Source of the DNA: Cystobasidiomycetes sp. EMM_F5
Lineage: Eukaryota
Direction of reading: 5' to 3'
DNA length: 25,656 nt
NCBI GenBank assembly: GCA_051047955.1
Contig: JBPGPT010000026.1
Span: 186,001-211,656, forward strand
The notes under the pieces are model-generated. The model ran no database searches. It saw nothing but the letters and a program-made list of their open reading frames with translations, and was not told where the DNA came from. Shown in pieces: positions 13,146 to 21,871 of the stretch. How positions within the stretch are numbered: the first letter of the stretch is position 1; every line of letters starts with the position of its first letter. Both the position numbers and the translations under genes were made by a program.

Positions 13146-13621
13146 CGGTCAAGCCAACGAATGAGGTAGTCAGCGGTCCTCAGAGGTGGTACCGGTTATG
13201 GTAGTCGGCTTCCAATGCTGTGCCTGAATACTTTTTGGATCCATTCGTCAGTAGGACGCTGATGCAGCTTCTTTCAGCGTCAAGAGGCGATGCAGGACTG
13301 CTCAATGACGAGCTCGAGACTGGCGCTGTCCTGATCATGACAGCCGGCTGATTACACAGAGCTGCGTTGCTTGGGTCCATTGGAGCTAAGTGGAGGTCCG
13401 GTTGGAGATGCTGGCTCGAGCATGCTCTCAAGAACTCGACAATATCGGCCAGCGAGCTCAAAGCCTCACAGGATGGTTCAGCTACTGTAAAATGGCGGCT
13501 TCAAATGTTCCAATCTCCACAAGCCGAAGTTTCTAAGTCTTCAGGCCATTTTGCGGAGCTTCACAAGCGAACAGCTACCATCTCCTGGCCATCTCTCGAA
13601 GACTAATTATATGAAGACCGT

Positions 13622-13948
13622 TCATAATGCACGCTTGTGACTTCCAATTGAATCTCCCGCTGTCGCTAACCTTGCCTGCTCTGGTACTGCCCACACAAAC
13701 AGGCCTCGCAATACGACCCTGTCATGCTCATAAGCAACATAGCTGATCCTGATGTCATCATCAACAATCAATGTGTTTTGCAAAGTCCTTGGCCGAAGCA
13801 CACATGTAGTCGCCCAGAACAGAATGAATGGGTTGCCCAACTCGATTCTGAAGTGCATAAAATGCGGCGATATCAACACTCGCAATAGACAGATCGTCGC
13901 ACCGGTGGTTCTGCGCCTTATACGAGAAGGGAAGAATTCGATTCGCAT
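13622..13948 (-). CDS. Orphan protein E, probable divergent member of the family at 16.5-20.2 kb; ends uncertain
   Basis: 108-aa beta-rich ORF. (YQI)MRIEFFPSRIRRRTTG resembles B YIVKDVPATIQLHRTTG and D FRIDSVPAKYKI. VLISPHFMHFRI resembles D VEIPKFFFRI. DIRISYVAYEHD resembles C DIIIQHAGGREGD. Confidence 0.4.
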   Translation of the reverse strand: MRIEFFPSRIRRRTTGATICLLRVLISPHFMHFRIELGNPFILFWATTCVLRPRTLQNTLIVDDDIRISYVAYEHDRVVLRGLFVWAVPEQARLATAGDSIGSHKRAL

Positions 13949-14482
13949 AATTTGATACTATTTCCGACCCCACCGTCTGCGAACTTCACGAGTCGTGTTT
14001 CATTGGACTCGAGCGTTGGCAAAAGCGATAACGCTTGCTACCTGGAATCTGCAAGAGCCGAACATGTTACGTTGTGGTCTAAGAATTCCTCGTTATGCTT
14101 TTTCTGGCACATTCGGCAAAGCCCAGCGTACCTCGGCGCAAAGATTGCTGTACATGAGGGACAGTGTCAAAGTAGCACCACGCTCAGACACTCAGACATT
14201 GGATGGAGTGGCGTACTCCATCTGCTGCCACGTAATACTCCAGCCGGCCTAATGTATTTACTCTCGCAGTAACACCTTGTGCAAGGCTTGCACGCACCAC
14301 ATCGAGCTCAGTGAAGCCTCATAATATACAGCGAGGCGTCAGTGCATGCATGCTGTACGCTGAGCTCTGCTGTGCTTGTAAGACTGTCAGTAGTGCTGCC
14401 CCGCAATCAGTTTGTGCTATTGAAGCGGTCACGTGCTTCGAAGGACTCTGCCAAAATTCTGAACAGTCAGTTGTTTGAAATA

Positions 14483-16113
14483 ATGGACGCTCACTCCGAC
14501 GCTGCGATGAGCATTGACGCTGCTGCTCCTGCTGTAAACGGCACCAAGAAGCGCAAACATGCCGGCGCTGCGGAGGGCAGTCAGTCTGCTGGGAAACCTG
14601 GGCCATCGTCTTTGGCCAGTTTTGCAGTATCCGACGACAACGTCAAGGACGCGCTGAGGCCGCTCATGGCCAGCTTGCCGGCATTAGCTCTGCCAGCGGA
14701 GACGCGCCTGAGCCTGTTCACCGAAGGCGGTATTGCTGCGCCGTCAAAGGACAAGGGCAAAGGAAAGGGCAGAGCATCGTCGATGCTGCACGGCGAGTCC
14801 GAAAAGCTCGACTGGCACTCTTCGAACCGTCTCTTTGGCATCCAAGATGGCGGAAACCTCGGGCAGCTGGACGACGTATACGGCGCCGCAGGCAATGACG
14901 ATGGCGAATGTAGCGCTGCCTACGCTCTCGCCCTGTATGATCCCGCGTCTTCTACGATATCCCTCGTCAGCACTCCGCTCCACATTATGCAGCACATGCC
15001 GAAACGTTTGAGAACTCTGTCCACTTTGGCGGCCTTGTCAGAACCAGCGACCAGCAATCTCGCAGCCCGTACGGCCCTCGGTCAAGAGTTTGGCACAAAG
15101 AAGGCAAAGCGAGCCATACAAGCTGCCGAGAGGAACAAGGTCGATGCGGGCGCAAAGGATCTTCAGCTTGTCCAGGATGTCCTCATGGAGAATCTCGACG
15201 CCGGTCTCACAACCCTGCCTGCATCCAGTCCAGTCAAGGGCATGGGGCCAGGCGTGTCTAGCTCCGTTGATATTACGGCCCTCGTAGAAATGGCAAAGAA
15301 GACGGGCATGCCAGTGCCCGACACCACCGCATTGAAGGCAGAATCGGTCTATCACATCTTTGGGGAGATCATACTAGACAAGGAATGGGAAGCCATCAAT
15401 CCAAGCCCTGTACTCAAAACACCCGCAAGCGACGTGTCTCAAGCGCTCAGCAGATTACCCTTCTATCACAGCACTTGGATCAACGATCGCGTCCGGCACC
15501 TTCTATCGCCTCAAATGGCCGACTTAGACAAGAAGGAACGGTCACGACGACTTGGCGCTCTGCTGTGGTTATCAGGTATTCTCGCTGTCAAATCGCACAG
15601 GGGTAGAGTGGACGTCAGTAGCGACGAGCAAATGCAAAAGCAATTCCGTCGGCATTCTGCAACAGTAACACCTGAGTGCATGCGGAGCTTGTTTGAACGG
15701 TTCTGCGAGAACATCAGAGGCACTTCACAGTAAGTCTGACTGCATCAAACAATTGTGTCACCTCCTCTGACCGTACGTTCCGCTACAGCTACCAAAACAC
15801 CTCCGTCTCGGAATCTCGCTTGATTGCTCATTTCCTGGTAGTCGCGCTGTACCTCGACGACTATACCAATCTCGACATTATTACCATCTCGAAAGATCTG
15901 AGTATACCGGCAAAACGGGCTTCAGAATTCCTGCACGCTTTAGGTGCACGACTACTAACGCCAAAAGCGGTAGACTTGGCAAAGATCACAGCGGCATGGC
16001 AGAACAATGGTTATACCGTGCCCACTGGCAGCGTCAAACTCAAAGTGGCGACGCTCAAAATACCCCTTGACTTTCCCCGCGAGAGGCGAGGGAAAGCGCC
16101 AGCTAAAAGATAG
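14483..16113 (+). CDS. RPA49: RNA polymerase I subunit A49 (PAF53/POLR1E), about 523 aa
   Basis: Exons 14483-15729 and 15789-16113, with intron GTAAGT...CTGAC...TACAG (1572 nt, in frame). Motifs: YALALYDP, ARTALGQEFGTKKAKRAIQAAERNKVD, P.PD.TA...ESVY, ISKDL...F.ALGA, and ATLKIPLDFP. Confidence 0.9.
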
Positions 16114-16506
16114 ATTGTTGTCAACGAAGACAGCATAATCACAATCTCGTCTCGAACCGTCTTTTCATTGCGTGGGATCCCTCCTTACCGCATCAGCTCG
16201 ATATGAAGTCGATTTTGTGGACATTCTTTCCGAGGCAATACAGCACCTTCATCTTGTCCTGCTAACTCAATTTCATAAGTCCCGTGTAAATCAGAATTGC
16301 TCTCACAACGTCGCGGGTCCTTGTCGTGAAGGCGGTTCCAATCTACCACATTCTATTGTTCAAGTCTGCTTTTGCATAGTTTCGCATGGTACACCGCTCA
16401 AGCCTCATCTTATCGATCTCCCAGAAGACTCTACTTACTCGTTGCATTACCGCTTCCCGAACACGAAGTTCCGTTCCGAAGACGACTTTTGACGCACCTT
16501 GCGACA

Positions 16507-17197
16507 TTACAAGGATTGTCTTCTTTGCAGGTGGGAAGCCTCCTCAAACCTTTGTCGATCGAAATAACCGCCAGCGCTTTGGGTATGCAAGGAGCTTGAG
16601 CCGGACGACGCAATCACTGACCGCTGCGCCGACAGCGCCTGCTGCGATGACCTACGCTGCAAAGTCTGTCTGCTAGGACGGCGTGAAATGCTCGGCGTGT
16701 CCAGGAAGCGACCTTTGTTGGTAGCATCAAGTGGACCCATGGCGGCGTCCGGGACAGTCGATCTCTATCGTAATGTTTCAGGAGCAAGGTGTCAGTGTAC
16801 TCGATGGCACAGAGGCTTAGTGACCTACACTCGGCTTGATCGATAGTATCTTGTCTATTCTATACTCAGTAAGCCCACCTGATCGGCTCCTGGTCGGATA
16901 GCACAGAAGATCCACCAGTATATGCGCTGATTGAGTATTACCCAATACTGAGTCAGCCATGAACCACTCGCGACCAGGCGACGTGTCGCGGTCTGCGTTG
17001 CGGCGTGGTCTAGGGATTTCTAAGTGTGATACCCGAGTACTCGATGCCCATTCCGTCTGTTCGGCGCGTATGGTGAGGGTGATCCAATGCGTTCTGAATG
17101 AAGCTGGACCAATGGTTGGATAAGAATGCCTAGCAAGACTTGCTGGAAAGTTTGTCAAGTGGAACGGCGTCGAAAGGGGTGCCTTAAGCCCAAGCAT
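16507..17197 (-). CDS. Orphan family protein A (about 208 aa)
   Basis: Exon 1 is 17197-16829. A phase-0 intron at 16828-16765 (GTAGGT...ACTGAC...GATAG) joins it in frame to the 16764-16507 segment, which is the ORF-track 16507..16740 frame. Family motifs: PFHLTNFPA, LEIPRP, WFM, and ILVDLL...EYRIDKIL. Confidence 0.6.
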
Positions 17198-17591
17198 GCC
17201 TAGTTGTTAACAACTTTATAGGTGTTCAGAGTAAAGCAAGTCTAAACGACGCGATGCTGATCTATGCCATAGCTGCTAGGCTATGCACCATGTCAGCCAA
17301 CGACATTACAACCTGACATGTCCGTCGCTGTGGCAGTGCCAAAGAGTCCGTTTCAACGATGGATCTCGGCTGCATTCGACTTTTGGGCCCTCGATACCGG
17401 GCTCCGCCATCACTCGAATAGTATTGTAACATCTGGATTGGTCAATGTGTATTCTCACATGTACACACGTTGCGCTGTAGACTAATCCTTCTATTGTCCC
17501 CGATTCAGTTCCGACAACAGACAGGAGGGGCCGGAGGCAACAGAAGTCTAGCACTTGTGAGGTTTCCGGGTCCTGGTCATAAGATGTGACC

Positions 17592-18130
17592 TCACAAATT
17601 CAATGTTGACATACTGCTGTCGGTACTATAGCGACGGTGGCTGATTTGACTGCGCAGGCTGGCTTGTGATCTAGCGCGGCGAGGTCCAATAGGCCTGATA
17701 GATGCAACCTTGGCCTGTAGTGCCTGTGTACGCCGCATCAGACGAGCTTATAGGTATTGCAGGTTTGAACAGACTCTACCTTCCACATGCCCTGAAAACG
17801 CACGATATTATAGGACGAATGCGAAGCATCAACGGGTTGGATTATCAAATTCAGGAAGACGCTATACACTGCAGGAGCTATCTTGTTCGGTATGGCTCGA
17901 CACATTTGCCAGTCCAGGTCCGAAAGTCCGAATCCGTGAGCTGCGCCTGCGGGGCCCAACGTTACTGAAGGGATGCAGACCTGGCGAGACGAGCCCGATG
18001 CTCGGAAGGGCGGAATCTCAACGGCTATTGATTCCGTAGTCCACAATCCCAGCAACCCAGTCGTGCGATGCAACTGGATCGTTGCGGGCACATCCTTCAC
18101 TATGTAAAGCGGAAGCGGAGTGGATGCCAT
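17592..18130 (-). CDS. Orphan family protein B (about 160 aa; 3' splicing ambiguous)
   Basis: Exon 1 is 18130-17780, the intron ends at the acceptor at 17724 (CTGAT...ACACAG), and exon 2 is 17723-17592 with the phase-0 GTAGAG donor. An alternative GTCTGT donor gives a different tail ending at 17600. Motifs: PLYIVKDVPA, VEIPPF, WQM, and VFLNLIIQP...YNI. Confidence 0.6.
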
Positions 18131-18622
18131 CTCTGAGCCTGATGGCCGACGGAATAATCAACACGTATATTAAAAAGTCAAGAGCAGAGAGCGAGGGCAG
18201 GTGCTATCCAGAGCGGTAATCTCATTGAATGGCTGTGCTGCTCGCTGTGCTGCTGGCAGTGTTGTGGTAAGACATATAAGTGACTGGGATGATGCCCAGG
18301 TGGCCATCTCCGCGTCAATAACATTGTGGAGCTATCGTTTGCTAGGACCACTCGTTAATGAGCTGGAAGGCTCATTCGCAGTACCAGTATAGCTGGGTCT
18401 TCATCTCTGGTGATTCAGGGAGAGTGTGTTTTTTGAAAACCGTTCAGGAGGGATTAGGCGTAGCGAACATCGGCAGGGGAATTTTAGTCACTAGTACGGA
18501 ATTTTGTTAGGGCCTGGCTAGAAGTACAGTGTCGCTGTGTTCCACGATTCGCCCGTCGGGACGCTGTTCAGCTCTGCCGGAAATATGGAGAGGCGGTGAC
18601 CATTCCCGGATTCGCATCGTTG

Positions 18623-19111
18623 CTACGACTCTGAAGGATTTACAGTAGTAGCGCGGTCTGCCGGCCGCGAGGGCGGAACAGGGATGAACAGGCGCTGCGC
18701 CGTGATAGTGAGAGACTGGAAAATACCATCGTACAATTAGCTGCAGCTGTACTGTTTTCGTCGCGCATAACGTACTCCGGTCGTTCGTTGGGAGACGTCC
18801 AGAACTTGTTCAATCCTGTAATCGCCCTCTCGACCGCCAGCGTGTTGAATGATAATGTCTAGGTATACGTCCTGGAAGGCGCCCTTCGTGGGACGCTTAG
18901 AAAAGCAGTCCCGTATCATCTGAAAGGCGGGCTGCTCTCCGGTCTGTGGTCTCTTGGGTATGCGATACCCTTCAAGTCTGGCCTTGATTGCTCTGCCTGA
19001 ACAAAGGAAGGTGCATTCATCGACCCTGACGAGAATGTAACTGCCATCAACCTGTAGCATGCCACTGACGTTGGTCAGCGAGTAGCGTGGTTGTGAGAAT
19101 TTGGTAGTCAT
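18623..19111 (-). CDS. Orphan family protein C (142 aa)
   Basis: Exon 1 is 19111-18776, followed by a textbook 60-nt phase-0 intron at 18775-18716 (GTACGT...GCTAAT...TTCCAG). Exon 2 is 18715-18623 (SLTITAQRLFIPVPP...). Motifs: PRYSLTNVSG, YRIPKRP, FQM, and VYLDIIIQH...DYRIEQVL. Confidence 0.7.
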
Positions 19112-19704
19112 GACAGGGGAGATGTGGATATCGTTTGGTATGTAAAGATACGGGGCGAGGGACTGGCACTCCGGAGGATACCTGAAGTTCTATTGATGCG
19201 GCTGTGTCTTTCGTATTTCCGATGAAGTTGCGCTGTGTCTAGATGGCTCGGTAAACGTAGCGGAACACAGCGAAGCAGCGCCCAGTGCGAGCGGTGAATG
19301 TATAGTGCAGTGCATGATAAGTGGCTAGATCTGTCCGCTGAAGTTAGACCACCACATCTGGGCAGTCAGATTCCGCTGCTGCGGCTAGAAGAACGCGGGA
19401 ATGAGAACATCACACCTGGAGTTCCGGCACACCCCTCGGATGCTGCTAAATTGAAACTCAGAAATACTTTAGCTTATCTGTTTTCTAGACATATCACAGC
19501 ACTAGCGTTAGCAAGATATGAAAACAGAATATCAATCTTCATATCCATCAAACAAAGAAGAATATACTCGTGTGCGACAAATGATGAGACAGGTAACACG
19601 GAGATGCAGGATGCAAGCCTAGAGCAGCTTATAGTGTTGTTTTGACATTGTCCTTACCACTCAAACACTGACATGCTTGATATCGAGCATTTCAGCGAGC
19701 TCCT

Positions 19705-20215
19705 TCACTTGCGCCGCTTTGGAGTGATGCTAATGCAGGGAGCCTGTGGAATTGGGACGGGGACAATCGCACACTGCTGCTGGGAAAGAGTGCCATACGG
19801 GCGTGCAACCAAAGGTGGGAGCCAGGACTAAGTTATAAAGCGCAGGCTTTTGAGTCGTGTGTAAAACATTCATATTTTCTACACTCACCGCATTCTTTCG
19901 ACGACGCATGGCAATGATCTGCGGATTGCGAATTGCTCCGCCGGCGTCTCGAACGACATCAAGATCCACTTCGATCTCAACCGGATCATCCCAATGTGCG
20001 AGACCAAAGGGAAAACGGTTGATCCTCCTGAGCCAGGATGGCGGCTGACTCTGAATTATTTTGATGTCTGGTATATCCAACGATGTCCAATCCTGGCCAA
20101 TCCGAAAAAAGAATTTTGGTATCTCCACGTAGCGGGTGTCAAACACGAGACTGATCTTATATTTGGCGGGCACGCTATCGATTCGAAATCTCTGGAACGG
20201 GGGAGCGAAGGCCAT
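19705..20215 (-). CDS. Orphan family protein D (about 149 aa)
   Basis: ATG at 20215 (MAFAPPFQRFRIDSVPA). Exon 1 runs to 19889, a phase-0 intron occupies 19888-19828 (GTGAGT...CTTAG), and exon 2 is 19827-19705 (SWLPPLVARPYGTLSQQQCAIVPVP...KRRK*). Motifs: VEIPKF, LDIPDI, and IEVDLDVV...AGG. Confidence 0.6.
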
Positions 20216-20540
20216 TCTGCAGAACTTTCGGGCTCCCTTAAGATACAGTCCTTTGAGTCTCGATTGGTTGGGATAGCTGGAGCCGATAGTAGCAACCAAC
20301 AAAGACCATTTTAGATTCTCAAACGAGGCGCATACTCTTGTACACTTCGGTAAATTTGCGATTCTGTCATTCGCTTGCACCGATGTGGCGATGAAGTGTC
20401 ATACTGCTGTTCCGGAGCAGTGGATCTTGTAAACGTGGCTGTGCTGAAGGCGAGGTTATCAAGCGAATTGGTGCCGTTTCTTCACTGACTCCCGTACCAA
20501 ATGCAATCGAAATTGGGAGCTGATATGTGATTGTGCGATC

Positions 20541-21788
20541 TTACATTTGTCCCCTGAACTGAGCCCACCACATCTGAGCAGGTAGTTTCCAATTCCTCTG
20601 CTGCGGTTGGTTGAACGCGGGACTGAAGACATTGTAGTCAACGCCTTGCAATTGCTGCAGCATGCTTTTGGCAGGTATGGCTGACAAGAACACCGGTATC
20701 AATTGTTTGGGTAACCGCGACAGCCTGCGACCTTGTGCGAGGGCCGCATGCTCTTCGTCGGTCGCTTCTTCAAGGCCAAGTGTCGCTCTTGCTTTTGCTC
20801 GCTCGCCGTCAGCCAGATTGGCCAATTCGTGACTAGCAGTCTGAACAGCGGGAAACGCTTCAGCTAGGGCATTGGCCGACGGAGAACCTGGAATGGGCGT
20901 CTTGTTCAATGCTGGTAGTGCTCGAAACACCTGTTCGTCGACGATGCCGTGCGCACTCGCTACGTCCCGAGGGATTGTTATTGTCCGGTGTGAGCCAGCA
21001 AAGTACGGGATTGAGCGAAGGAGCTGGGCAATGCTGATATATGTCGCCAAGTGAGATAACGAATGATCAATGGTCGAGAGGGGGATATCGTCTACTTTGT
21101 TTTGTCCAGGCTGCAACACCAACTGCATCTGTAGGAGGAGGAGGGGGAGAGCTGTCGACTGTGCATAGCTAACGAGCTCCGAGAGAGAGTTGTAAGCGGG
21201 AGACAGGAGATTACGCTCGCGTGCATCAATCAGCCGATTCAAGTGGTAGTTTGATAATTTGCGACGCTTGGCTGCGACGGACAGAGCGAGGACGGTTGGG
21301 TGTGGAATAGGAGTGGACTATCATGTCATATTAGTGTGCATATTCAGCAAAAGAATACATAGCACCTGCCGTATTCAACGATTGGACAGCGTCTCTCCAC
21401 CATTGAAAGCGTATCTTTCCGAGCTGGGCATTTCGCACAGAGTCTGCGACGTTGGACAGCTCGACGTTGAATGTTCGGATTGCGAGGTAATCATATCTCG
21501 CTTCGTGGGTAGGGTAGAATGATGTGGCTCTATGTGATGTTTAGAATATCTCAGAGGTCACGAACGACAGCTTTCTCCGGCAACACCTACCCACAAATAG
21601 TTTGGGTAGTCGTACTTTTGCACCATGGACAGAGTATGCTGCCTCACTGCGTCGGGCGTGGGCAGACCAGAGCCAGCATCGTCAGTAGAACGACTGCTCG
21701 TCGCATATCGGGCTATCGAGCATATCCTGCAGCGGGACAGCGAGCGACGGAAGACATAGGAGCTGCTGGAAGATGCAGCGTGTTGCAT
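20541..21788 (-). CDS. NDUFAF6: Complex I assembly factor NDUFAF6 (squalene/phytoene synthase fold), mitochondrial precursor, about 376 aa
   Basis: Exons on the minus strand: 21788-21595, 21529-21370, 21317-20541 (1131 nt). Arg/Ser-rich presequence. Motifs: VQKYDYPNYL, YLAIRTFNVEL, GKIRFQWWRDAV, PIPHP..LAL, RLIDARE, LLRSIPY, PVFLSAIP, and DYNVF. Confidence 0.9.
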
Positions 21789-21871
21789 AGTTTGCAATGT
21801 CAGTAATTGGCAAAAAGCAAAAGAAATATTTCATGACGGCATACTCGACATTGTGACTGCTCCGACTGAAT
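21789..21871. promoter_or_regulatory. Very short bidirectional promoter between NDUFAF6 and SGD1
   Basis: Divergent ATGs at 21788 (-) and 21872 (+) are separated by 83 bp. The AT-rich core contains the palindrome GAAATATTTC at 21823-21832. Confidence 0.6.

Noticed and set aside
13180..13461. 93-aa minus-strand ORF upstream of the CFEM-like gene
   Set aside because: It has a non-ATG start, low complexity and no convincing splice link to ORF E or to the CFEM-like gene.
16172..16676. Overlapping plus-strand ORFs downstream of RPA49
   Set aside because: They have no motifs, and they overlap the RPA49 3' region and the antisense of gene A exon 2.
18470..18720. GGAATTTT twice (Sm-site-like), a GTTAGGG heptamer and a GC-rich stretch suggesting an snRNA or telomerase RNA
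   Set aside because: The GC-rich part is explained by exon 2 of gene C. The telomere-like match is only 7 nt and no snRNA consensus is present.
18532..19273. 12-bp inverted repeat (TCGCTGTGTTCC at 18532-18543, GGAACACAGCGA at 19262-19273) flanking orphan gene C, resembling transposon TIRs
   Set aside because: There is no target-site duplication and no transposase. About one such 12-bp pair within 1 kb is expected by chance in a window this size.
19298..19645. 115-aa plus-strand ORF between genes C and D
   Set aside because: It has no recognisable motif or splice support and lies in an AT-richer spacer antisense to the array, so it is probably spurious.
20216..20380. N-terminal extension of gene D in the ORF track (216-aa version)
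   Set aside because: It starts at GTG. Family similarity begins at ATG 20215, and the 3' part of that ORF reads through a GTGAGT intron.
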